Shown one piece after another: positions 24,653 through 36,235 of a stretch of DNA of 64,000 nucleotides. The DNA lies in contig OZ024743.1 in NCBI GenBank assembly GCA_964016885.1, positions 115,692,001 through 115,756,000 of the forward strand, in the 5' to 3' direction. Within the stretch, counting starts at the first letter, position 1, and every line of letters begins with the position of its first letter. A model generated the notes under the pieces. The model ran no database searches. It was not told where the DNA came from and was given only the letters and a program-made list of their open reading frames with translations. The DNA is from Eledone cirrhosa (lineage: Eukaryota). The position numbers and the translations under genes were made by a program.

Positions 24653-24745
24653 CTTTGCCTTTTATCCTTACGGGGTCGATAAAATAAAGTACCAGACTGG
24701 ATAATTGCTGGCCTTGTGCCAAAAGTAGAAACATTATTATTATTA
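24436..24745 (+). mobile_element. Tandem 5'-truncated SINE 3' halves with (TTA)n tails
   Basis: cactttgcctttcatccttacggggtcgataaaataaagtaccag..gctggccttgtgcc..aagtagaaac(att)n, repeated. Confidence 0.8.
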
Positions 24746-24749
24746 TAGT

Positions 24750-25361
24750 TGCATTTATCTTGCTTTATGTTCATACGAGTTATCACCAAGTCACAACCAG
24801 TGACCTCAAGAGACAACAAGGTCCGCCATGTTCAAGAACGAACATACATACTCACACATGCATCTTTAGTGTTTAGACTGTGATATACTTATATTGACAG
24901 AATCTTCCTTAGTATATGGGCAGTTCCCATTAGTACTATCTTTTGTATTTCTCCTATACGCGGGTTTGCTGGGAGTTGTGATAAGTAATCATTAGACCCC
25001 TTAGGTATCATTCCCAGAGCGCCTACAACCACTGGTATTGTTTTAGTTCTCAATTTCCACATTTTTCCAATTTCTATCTCCAGGTCCTTATACTAGCTCA
25101 ATTTTTCAAATGTTTTTATAGATACATTCTTGTCTATTGGAACGGACATATCAATTAGCAGGCATACCCTCTTTATAAAGTCCTTCAATATTATATCAGG
25201 TCTATTTGCATCTATTTTTCGGTCTGTTTGGATGCTAAAGTTCCACAAGATTGAGATGTGATCTTTTTTAAGTATGGGAGGTGGTTGATTCTCCCACCAA
25301 TTCTTTTGATGGGGCAGGTCAAAATGCTTACACATTATCCAATGTATGTATTGTGCAGCTC

Positions 25362-25362
<1 letters not shown>
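24750..25362 (-). mobile_element. R4/Dong 3' fragment, second subfamily
   Basis: YIHW..ILWNFSIQTDRKIDANRPDIIL..LIDMSVP..YKDLEIEIGKMW..IPVVVGALG..LMGTAHILRKIL; (TAA)n on both sides. Confidence 0.9.
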
Positions 25363-25410
<48 letters not shown>

Positions 25411-25559
25411 AATAAGCATTGGAATGTAATATCTGTGGTACGAACACATACTGCTCTTGAAACCTGCCTATCATATGAGGGAGGAAAATTATTTTGAAAC
25501 CTCGAGATCAGGGGCACAAACAAAGTCTAATTCAATCGCCTTGATATTTTTGTAATACA

Positions 25560-25930
25560 AAATCTCCAACATGGACTCTATTTGATATTTCGATCCTTCG
25601 AGACTACAATGGGGGTGGAAAGGAAATGAAAAAGTTCAATAAGTATGCAGACATTGCAGGCAATATTTAAAAAGAGGCACCATGTAGAGACAGAAGTCGT
25701 ACCAATCGTCATTGTGGTGCTAAACACAGTCACTAAACGGCTTACGTATTTCATCAAAGGCCTTGTCATCCCCGCCTCCATAGCCAGTCCCCAAATTTCT
25801 ACAATCACTATCAATGCCATCAATCTGCCCGATATATTAAGACGCTGAGATCAGGGACTGTTCTCAGGCCAATTAACACACTTCACCTAGTAACCGATTG
25901 CTAGAGAAACTAAACAATTAAAAAAAAATA
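25560..25930 (+). mobile_element. Degenerate R4/Dong-like RLE 3' end
   Basis: K..KYAD..ETEVVPIVIVVL.TV..ILRR* pattern. Confidence 0.55.
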
Positions 25931-27634
25931 TTATAATTGTTGCTGCTGTTGTTGTTGATGTTTGGGTTGTCGTTGTTACTGTTGTTCTGTTGCTGGCTGT
26001 TCAAGTACTGCTGTATTTATGTTCATTCTTCATTACATTTTTTCTCTAAATTTCATAATTATTTCTGTCAGTTCGCATTGACTTAATACAAATGGAGAAG
26101 TTTGTTTTTAATTTGTATTTTTTCTATTATTTGTGAAAAGGAATAGCATTGTTGAACAGATATTTAATTTCTTTCGTTTAATCAAATTTCAACATGTGTC
26201 TTTGCACTGTCGTATATTAAAGTGTTCCTCGCTACACTGGTGTTAACACCACCAGGATGAAATACGCTTACTGACAAAACAAATGTGTGGAGGATAAATA
26301 TTAACTCAGATTAAAAAAAAAAAATTTAAATCAGAAACATCTGAAGCAAATAACTTCTATAATTAAAGAAATACTAACAGACTCACCGGGAAGAAAATGA
26401 TGACTTATTCGCAGAAAACGGTAAAATATTGATTAAATTATTTATTTTGACACCATCAACGGTGATGACTACGATGGTATTGATAGAGATTATTTAAATC
26501 ATATTGATTGTAAGATGAGAGTATCAGGTATAGAAATATCACATGCAAGCGATGGACAAACGACAGATATAGTGATACCAAATCTCAAATTTGATAAAGG
26601 ATAGCAAGTAATAGTTTTGCATTAAGCTATAGATAAATTATTATGAATAAGGAGGGCGGTACATGGAGTAAATTATATTGTTTTGTAAATAAAGCGGAAA
26701 AATGTATTAACTATAATATTGTATTTTTTGAAAAGGCTACCACAATATAATTAGGACACCAGTATGGTGATAACAAATATGTTGGGGTTCTTTTATCTTG
26801 CTGTTGTTTTATGTTCCGTATATTTCAAAAGAGTAATTGAAGGAAATTGTCCAGAGCAGGATATATTTGTCACTGACGTGCTTTATAATTTGAATGTGGT
26901 GGCCTATTATTCCAATGCTGGAAGCAGTGCATAGATCACGTGCTATGTGTTGTAAGCTATATTTTGATTTAAATGATTGTTGTATTGTTTTAATAATTGG
27001 AATAAAATGTGGAAGTGGGTATGTCAACGTTAGCCACTGGGTGTTGAGTTTTAGTCTGTTGCAGATTTGTGGTTTGTATTTGGCTAATACAATCGATCAT
27101 CAAATTCTGAGATTGTCAATGTTATGTTTCTTGGGTGAGGATAAGTATGCATTGGTGTGTTTCTGACACAGTTGAATAGTGTTATTATCGTGTTGCCGAT
27201 GTACAATTCTCCGCAAATATCCGTGTTGCAGATTGGGCAATTCACCAGGGCATGTTGGTTTTGTCGTCTATACGCCTTTTCATTTGATAAGCATTTCTGC
27301 AGTGAAGCAATCTCAGCACCAAATATTCTATTCTAATAACAAACTCAAAGCTCACATCAACAATACATTAGAACTCTACATCCAATAGCTAGCATAGACC
27401 TACTCAGTACCAAATCTGTATCTGTTATGAATATGGAAAGACAAAAATGTATATATAATATAAACTAGTGTAAAATTTATTACATGTGTAATAAAGCTAT
27501 AATCAATTACAATGGTACAACTACTATGGTTATTCCGAGAGAATTAGATTGTTCAATAAAACTCAGAAATGCAGTGCATAGAGTACAGCATCAGTGTTTA
27601 TATTCTGTGATAACATTTTTCTAAATATTATAAT

Positions 27635-27840
27635 GGTTTCTACTGTAGGTATGTGGCCAGTATTTTGAGAAGGGAAAGTGGATAATATACATCCTAGTAC
27701 TTGATTAGTATTTTATTTTATTGACAAAAAAAAAAAGGATGAAATACAACGTTAACCTCGATGGGATTTGTACTCAGAATGTAAAGAGCAGGAAAAATTC
27801 GCAAATCATTTTCAGACGCTCTAGCGATTCTGCCAAGCCA
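27635..27840 (-). mobile_element. tRNA-derived SINE, related subfamily, degenerate
   Basis: Reverse complement: ttggcagaatcgctagagcgtc..ctgagtacaaatcccatcgaggttaac..tttcatcc..caataaaataaaatactaatcaagtac. Confidence 0.7.
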
Positions 27841-28019
27841 CTTCCCTTTTAGTATATACTATACTAACGTGTGATGTGTTAAGTCCTGAAGAGGAAAGAC
27901 AATTACAGTAGTATGTATGCATTTATATGCAGTTCAGTATGTTTATATGATATTAATATGCATTAATATACATGTGCTTGTACTATTATGTGCACCCCAA
28001 ATGAAGACTTCGAGAAAAT

Positions 28020-28400
28020 TCAAGATGGCATGACCATCTTCCCGTTCCGCGGTGACAAACCCCTCGTCTGGGATGCCACTTGCACCGACACTTTCTGCAG
28101 CCGCAACCTCATGCAGTCTGCGACTGACCCAAGTTCTGCTGCAAGTCGGGATGAGGTGGCCAAACTCCTCAAATACCGGTCGCTCTCCGACAGGTTTGTG
28201 GTCGTACCCCTGGCAGTGTAGAATTCTGGTGACCTCGACCCCAGGGCTACCTCCTTACTCACCACCATAGGTGCTGAGCTGGCCAGCCGCATGTGTGAGC
28301 CCCGCGAGTTGGAGTTGCCGTCCGCCGTTGCCGTCCTCCAGGGAAACGCCTTCTCCATTCTGTCCGCCGGGGCTATGGGTGGGCCCCATCGCGTACCGTT
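28020..28400 (+). mobile_element. CRE-clade non-LTR retrotransposon RLE fragment
   Basis: DGMTIFPF..KPLVWDATCTDT..AA..K..KY.SL..VVPLAV..G..AVAVLQGNAFSIL matches the CRE-type RLE pattern. Confidence 0.75.
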
Positions 28401-28554
28401 GTAGTTGTTGTATACAGATATTAACTCATCAATCACATTGTCCTAATAATACTAACTATATTAACTACTGTTCCTCTTGTTAGAGAATCATTTTGAAACT
28501 GTTTTATCGAGGAGTCCGCTGGAAGGCTTATCTGAGGACTCTGTCTCAACAACA

Positions 28555-28655
28555 GAAAGCCCATTTGTACAGTCCTGTACCGCCCTGCGCTGTCCTTAAT
28601 CTTATATTTTATGTCAACCCTTGTGTTAATAAATAAAACATTATTATTATTTTTA
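28555..28655 (+). mobile_element. Solo 3' end of Tx1-type LINE with (TTA)n
   Basis: cccatttgtac..ctgtccttaat..aacccttgtg..ttaataaa..aacattatta matches the 3'UTR of the element at 59244 (reverse complement). Confidence 0.75.
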
Positions 28656-28669
28656 TTATCAATATTATT

Positions 28670-31600
28670 GTGCTGCATCTCTCGAGACGTGTGTAGTTAC
28701 AACGGAGTAAGTCAGTTGAATTTGATGAATTTATCGAAACTTTTATATAGTAATTTTTACATTGTTGTGTAGTTAAAAAAACCCTCTTTCAAATGAGGTA
28801 GTTTTTTAACTGTATCTCGCGCCCTTAAGGCATAAATTTGTATTTAATTATAAAACATACCCCACAATTTGTTGAGGGGTATGATTGTTATTGAATGGCG
28901 TACGAAACAAATAGTTCACAGGGAGGAACAGCGGGTTGTTCGAAGGGTGGAACAACCGATTCCGTCCAATCACAAGGCAGAGGCAAGAACAACAGAAACA
29001 GCAGTAGCCACAGTGGCAGTGGCGGTGATAACAACAACAACAGCAGCAACAAAGGTAAGACAAGCGATGAGTCATCACTGCAGTCCGCAACATGGTTCGC
29101 TAAAGCCGCAAAAAATGTTGAACCGGTACACATCACCAATGAGGAGATAAAGCAAGCCAAGATCTTGGTTAAAAAGACCGGACACAGGGTAAGTCTCACC
29201 CGCCAAGCTAATATAATGAAAAACAAGATGTTTGTGTTTGGTCAGTTATCGCACAATTGGAATAAAATTGCGCCGAGTCGAACGGAGTACGGAGTCACAG
29301 GTCCAAAGAGCTATGGGTGCCTTCTGGGCACAGAAACCATACATAGTCCGGATGTGGATGTGCTCTTCGCTAAACTGGAAGACGCCAGAGCACACTCCAT
29401 TGCACCACTCCACAGTGACGAAATAATAATAACGCCCACATACTGCGCCAGAGAGTCGTGAGGGTTCGAGTAACCCAGTTTCCGCCCTCAGTGGAGATCG
29501 CCTGGTTGATGGCGGCCGTCCTCGCTGACGTCGAGGATCCAACAACTATCCTCGACGTCATGCGAATAAGACAGGAGAAGGGGACAGGGTCGGGGATGGA
29601 ACTAATCATCCAAGCAAATCATGCGAGCATCTAGCCATCCCCGATGTAATACGCCTGGACGACGGCAGCCATCTACCCGTGATCGTCGAAGTTAGGCGCC
29701 CAAGGTGTCATGGATGCGGAGAGAAGACGCATCTTAAGGCCTTCTACCCCAAACTCACCAAAACGGGCACGAGCTCCCCCTTCTCACTACGCCGTGCCCC
29801 GCGACTGGAGTGGACAAACCAACCAAGACCACAGTGGCAGAAGAAACATTACTATCACTAACAGTGAAAACACCATCTCCTCCTCCACCAACAGAACCAA
29901 TGGAGAACATGCCCCTTCCCCATATTGCTAAATCAGACAAAGAATGCGATGAGGCCGAAGGATGTAAAACCATCCCAGCAAAAAAAGGAAGAATTCCCTA
30001 CCTTCGTCCTCAAAAGAAGGGGAAGAAAGAAACCCAAAAAAGAAAATGAAAACGAACCCATCGCCTTCACCACCATCAGCAGCCACACCCCCACAACCAC
30101 CTCCACCATCACCACCAACACCACCACAACCAACACCATTAGCATCTACCCCATCGTCTCCTCCAATAACACCATAGCAAACAAAGAAAGCACCAACACC
30201 CAACACTAGACACAATACACAGCCATAGACACAGACAACACAAAGCTTTTAAATTACATTCAACACCAAACCAACATCACAGAAACAAACTACGTACATA
30301 CCAACAAATGCCCCCCCCCCCCCCGCCCCATATACAAATAATAGAAATCACCCAAAAAAGTGACATGACATTAAAAACAATATTCACCACATCCATTGGA
30401 GACTACCGAGGAAACATCACTAAACAAATATTCACAGACATTCTCATGGAGAAACCCGCCACTGGTCGGAAGGATGGATAACCCATCCCCTTCCTAAAAA
30501 AGAGCCACAGGTAAATTATTTTACTTTTTCCCCTCTCACTTGTTTTCCTCCTATCGTAGCCAACACGGTTTCTCTCAGGATAGGTAGCATAATTGCACGT
30601 AGCCTGGGGTCGTCTTGGAAGCAGGGCTACCTGCTCAACGATCTCAGTTCGCTAAACGTAGATGTGGTGGCCATCAGCGAGACCAGAATCTCTGAGGCAG
30701 GGGCAATCGCACCCATTTTCGGCGGCTACGAGGTGTATACGTATCGAAGCCGTCCCGGGGGAGTGGCTGTGTTGTTCCGGAGAAGTCTGGATCTCGAAGG
30801 TAAGCTGGTTGGGCTGCACGTGACCAGCGGAGAAGGGCAAGCTTTCAGGCTAGTGGCCGTCTATGCCCCAACAGGAGCAGGACGGCCTAACTTCTTCCGG
30901 CTTCTCGAGACCTTCTTGGAAGGTCCCACACTTTCGTATTAGTGGACCACTGGATCGGGATCTTAGATCTACGCAGGGACTGTGTGGGATTAGCGGATAT
31001 TGGTGGAAGGTGTAAAAGCCTCGCAAAGCTGCTCAGGTGTTTTGAACTGTCTGACAGCTACCGGTTGGATTTCCGGAATGTGCCAATGTGGACTTGGACA
31101 AAACTTATCGGGTCATCCAAGTCATATCTAAATAGAGTATTTTGTAGGGAAATAGGTTGGTCTAGCATAGGCTGTCCACAATTCGAGAAAGTCGACTACA
31201 AGGACCACAGATTCGTGATCTGTGTGGTTGACTTATACAGGCTTCATGGACCCGGCTACTGGAAGCTAAACGCATCATTAACAACACGTAAGCCTTAGAG
31301 AGACCGGATTAGCGAATTAGTTAAGTGGGCGTTGACGGGAGCCATCATTAACAAAAATGGAGTTTGCCCTCAAAAGGGAAATTAAAATAGTGTGCATTAG
31401 ATTTAGTAAGGCGTCAGTAATAGAGAAAAATAGAGCAGAGGGAGAACTCGTTAGCAAATTAGACGAGGCGCTTACTTAAGGCATTGCGACCGACGTGCTT
31501 GCGGCGAAATTGGCCCTCGACCAACTTTTCAACGCAAAGCACGAAAGCTGCGTTGTCAGAGCTAGGGTGCGTCCTCTCAGGCTTGAGGAGATGAAAGCCG

Positions 31601-32690
31601 TTCGATGGGCCCGGTGGGGGAGGCGCATCGTGGCGACAAAGCCACAATCTGCTCTTTGGCGGACCACGACGAGCACATGCTACTAGATCCGGGAAAATGT
31701 GTGCGGCTTTTCAGTGACACTTTACTCAGATGTTCGGGGGCAGCGGCGTGCTGGATCGCGGGATGGACTTTAGTTCCTAGCTCGACGTACTGCCAGAGCT
31801 CTCGGTCAATGAGGCGGAGTGTTGTGAAAAGCCGATAACAGCTGCTGAAGTACGGGAGTCAATGACTGGCAGCACATTGGGTAAATCGCCTGGTTTTGAT
31901 GGTCTGCCCTACGAATTTACGTACACATGTCTGACTTGTTCGGAGAGCTCTTGGTGCTGCTGAGAAAGGATACAAATAAGGAGGTTAACATAGATAATTT
32001 CAAGCCCATACCTGTAAAGACAGAGTTCAAGATTTTGGCTAAGCTGCTAGCAAAGAGGTTGCCGATGGTCGTTGGTGGTCTGGTGGGAGAGGCACAAACA
32101 TGCGCCATTCCAGACAGATCCTTCCACGACAACCTCCACATCATGAGATCCATCATGAAGACGGTAGCTAGGGAACTTGGCACGGGTGGGTCCTTGATCA
32201 ATTTAGATCAGTCGAAAGCTTTCGATAGAGTCGACCATCGTTCTCTGGCGACCCTCCTGGTGGTGGCTGGCTTTGGGCCTGTCTTCAGAGGCTGGAACGC
32301 TGCCATGCACAGTGACATCTGCTCTGTGGGGGGAGTGATCGGTCACCTTTCGGAAATGTTCAACATCATGCGCTCGGTCCGCCAAGGATGTCCCCTCTCG
32401 TCCCTGTTGTACGTATAGACTCTCGAGCAATTACTGCACAAACTGGAGATGTTGAGGGGGGTCCCGTGCGAAGTGGGATACGGATAACCGTGTCAGCATA
32501 TGCAGACGACGTCACAGTAGTGGTGTCGAAGGCCAAAGACATCGAGGTGATCGGCACCACCCTAAGATAACACGAGGCGGTGACAGGAGCAATGATCAAC
32601 CAGGAAAAGTTGGTGGGCCTGTAGCTCGGCACCTGAAGAGGCAGGTTCATATCCCCCAAAGGTCGAGCGGAGGTGTCGAACGCGTACATG
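28670..32690 (+). mobile_element. Tx1/L1-clade LINE copy 1 (ORF1, APE, RT), 3'-truncated, degenerate
   Basis: ORF1 from 28895 with zinc knuckle CHGCGEKTHLKAF; ORF2 LRIGSI..VAISETR..VYAPT..GYWKLN..LDQSKAFDRVDH..SVRQGCPLS..AYADD. Confidence 0.9.
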
Positions 32691-33139
32691 TCCCCCCCCC
32701 CCCCCCAGCGATATGACTGCTGTCGTGTGACAACGACGTAAAAGTTGAGAGGAGTGTTACGGCGAACACAGAATTGATACAACAAGCACCACCACAAACA
32801 ACGTGAACAAAGACCGCAATGACAACAAATGCAACAACAATATTAACGCCACTAACATGAAAATAAATAGCGACAGCACCAACAGCAACAATACCAACTG
32901 CACCGAGAACAACAACAACGGCGGCACCAAAGATGTAACCAACTGCAACAGCGATAACAGCAACAACACCAACAAGAACAACGACAACAACACCGATAAC
33001 GACAACAAGAAGAACACTTTCACTGTGGCAGCAGCCAGAGCGAGGCGATGCTTCAGCATGGACCTCTGGAACAAAGATGAAATGTTGACCCAGGCCTGGA
33101 AGCCCATCAAGCACGAGCAAACCTGGGCTAACTTAACTG

Positions 33140-35725
33140 TCCCGGTAGAAGCTATTGAAGGAGTGGGGCGCAGAAACCAAGAGGGCAGCTTTAATTCCAC
33201 AAGCAGATGTCGAGGTCGCCTTTTGCCAACATTTTGCTCGATTGTTCGGGGGATGTGGCGAGTCAGAGGCGGTGGCGGACTTCAGTCCTTACCTCGATGG
33301 CTTGACGCAACTCTCAACGGCCGACGCTGAGCTCTGCGAAAGGCCTATTACTTCAGCCGAGATTCAGGATGCCCTTGTCGGCTGCATGACGCGCAAGTCA
33401 CCCGGTTTGGATCGTCTGCCCTACGAGCTTTACATAAATATGCCAGACTTGTTCTCTGATCTCCTCGAAGCGCTCTATTGCAACTGGCATGTAGAACGGG
33501 AGTATTCACAGTTCTGTGGCCGGGTCGTAGTGACGCTGATGGGGAAGGACGAGAACAAGAGAAACACATTAGACAATTTCTGGCCAATAACTCTGCTAAA
33601 CACAGAGTTTAAGATTTTGGCCAAGGTGTTATTAAAGATCTTGGCGCTTGTCCTCAAGCATTTGCTTGGAGAGGCGCAAACTTGCTCAACCACGACCAGG
33701 TCCATACAAGACAACCTCCACCTGATGCGATACATCACAGAGATAGTAGGGTGTAAACCTGACTTCGGTGAGGCTCTGATTAATTTAGATCAATCGAAAG
33801 CATTCGGTAGGGTCGACCATCTGTACCTGGAAGCTCACCTCTAGGCAGCTGACTCCTCTAGCCCCGTCTTCAGAAGCTGGAGCGCTGCAATGCACAGCGG
33901 CATCTGCTCAGTGGTCAACGTTAATGGCCACCTCTCGGAACCGTTTCATATCTCCTGATCGGTTCGTCAAGGGTGACCTCTCTCCTCCCTTCTGTACGTA
34001 TTGACTCTCGAGCCTTTACTGTGGAAGTTATTGCAGAGCATCCCGCTCGAACCAGGACGCGGAAAGGCTGTTTCGGCTTTGGGGGACGATATCACCGTGA
34101 TGGTGTTGGACACCTCACCAATCGAGGTGTTCGTCAACTTATTGGAGGAATATAAAAGTTGAGGGGAGCAAAACTTAACCCGGAAATGTCGGTGGGCTTA
34201 CAACTCGGCAGCTGGAAAGGAAAGTCCATGCCGTCCAACAGCGGCGTTGGGCGCTGGACGGACGTACCGGTAAAGCTGCTCCGGGTTTGGTTAGGGTCAG
34301 ACCTCCAGGTGTATAAGAATTGGGACGAGGTGACGGGCAGGGTAGCCAGTCTCACCCAGAAATGGGCTACAAGAAAGCTATCACTGAAAGGTCGGGTGGA
34401 GGTTGTGAACTACGATACATCGCGTCCATCATCTACTACCGCATGACCGTTGTCCTTTGCCCCCGTCCGCGCTTCGCCAACTTGGAATGGCTCCTCTTCA
34501 AATTCTTGTGTAGAGGATAAGCCCATTTGGTGAGGAGGTCCATCTGCTGCCAGCACGCTCTCCGCGGAGGGCTGGTTATGCCGTGGCTAATGATGCGCAG
34601 ACATGCACTGAGGCTCGGCATCTCCACATATTCTACCTAAATGGTGAGCAGGTGTGATCGCCATTTGTCTGGCGGGCCTTTCCGCAGCTCGTCTCTTTGA
34701 CTGAGCTGCAATCCTGGGTGAAGAAGAGACCGAGACTGGGTGACTGTTATCTGGAATGTTGCCAGACATTCACTACCCTCTACCAGACGGGCAATGCGGT
34801 CAGTGGAACTCCCACTCTCAAATTCTATAGAGGATTAGTGGTGGGCAGGTGCGACGACGCAATCGGGGAGGCTCTGGGCGTCGACGAAGTCGAACTAACC
34901 AGTCTGTTCCGAATGACTTTCGAGCCGGGGACGATGGATAATTTCCAAAAGTCCCTCGCTTGGCAGTGCTAACGGGGAGCACTCCTGGTTCGAGATAAAC
35001 TCTACAGGCACGGAAGTGATGTCACATGGACCTGCCCGAGATGCGCGCAGGGCGACCAAACCGTTCTGCACGCACTCGTCCAGAGTCCGTGCATTACTAA
35101 CTTGTGCAGATATGTCGAACAGCTGTTGTCGAGTGTAGGACGGATTTGGCTATCGGCCTAGTCCATAGTGAAGATAGACTCGCCGACTTCTTTTGGCCAG
35201 GAAGTACAGGCAATTTTCCTTTGTCTAGTGGCAGTAGCGAAAGAGGTTCTTTGGTGGACCAGGTTGAAGACAGACACTTTCCACTTCGGCCAATCCCTCA
35301 TCAACTTTCTCAAATTTCACTTGGAAAGGAAGGTGAGGGTGGAGAGAGAAAGGCTGACCCCCCCCCCCACCCGCACATTTGCTGAAAGGTGGGTGAATGT
35401 GGCGAGAATAGCCTACTCTTGCGAGAATGGCCTACTCTGATCATGCGCCTGTAGGTGGGTGAATTTGAGGAAGAGAGGGGTGCCCTTGCCGGATACTCTC
35501 GAAGCATCGGGTCTTTCAGGATTGGTGGGGTACCTGAGTGAACCCTGGGTGGTCATCCCCCCTATTGGGGAATTTCGCTTGTTGTATTTTTATTGTTATT
35601 TTATGTTATTGTTATTTATATTGTTTACATGTTATATATGTAAACCTCCACTGTCCCTGTCTTCTGTATTGTCCCCTATATTTCGGCCCATGTGGCCAAT
35701 AAAGAAATCATTATTATTATTATTA
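33140..35725 (+). mobile_element. Tx1/L1-clade LINE, 5'-truncated different subfamily (RT to 3' end)
   Basis: KSPGLDRLPYELY..PITLLNTEFKILAK..LDQSKAF..CPRC..HAL; ends aataaagaaatc(att)n. Confidence 0.88.
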
Positions 35726-35729
35726 TCTT

Positions 35730-35852
35730 GTCATTCTGAGTTAAAATCCCGCCGAGGTTAACTTTGCCTTTCATCCTTACGGGCTCGATAAAATAAAGTA
35801 ATACCAGTAATACACTGAGGTAATAGCTGGCCTTGTGCCAAAAGTAGAAACA

Positions 35853-35902
<50 letters not shown>

Positions 35903-36192
35903 AGAGCGGTGAATTGGCAGTATCCGTAGAGGGTTGGACGCCATGCTTTCTAGCATAGTTACGTCCCTTTACAGTCTGAGTTCAAATCCCGCCGAGGTTA
36001 ATTTTGCTTTTCATCCTTCCGGGGTCGATAAAATAAAGTACCAGTAATGTACTGGTTAATTGCTGGCCTTGTGCCTAAAGTAGAAACAATTATTATTATG
36101 CCATTCTGAGTTCAAATCCCGTCGAGGTTAACTTTGCCTTTCATCCTAACGGGGGTCGATAAAATAAAGTACCAGTAATAGACTGGATTACA

Positions 36193-36234
<42 letters not shown>

Positions 36235-36235
36235 G
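35730..36235 (+). mobile_element. Cluster of three SINEs (full copy ~35905-36100) separated by (TTA)n
   Basis: A-box-like tggcagtatccgtag, B-box gagttcaaatccc, core cctttcatcct..ggggtcgataaaataaagtaccag. Confidence 0.88.

Noticed and set aside
35730-36235. CRISPR-like repeat/spacer pattern
   Set aside because: Repeats are SINE fragments separated by (TTA)n; eukaryotic context, no cas genes.
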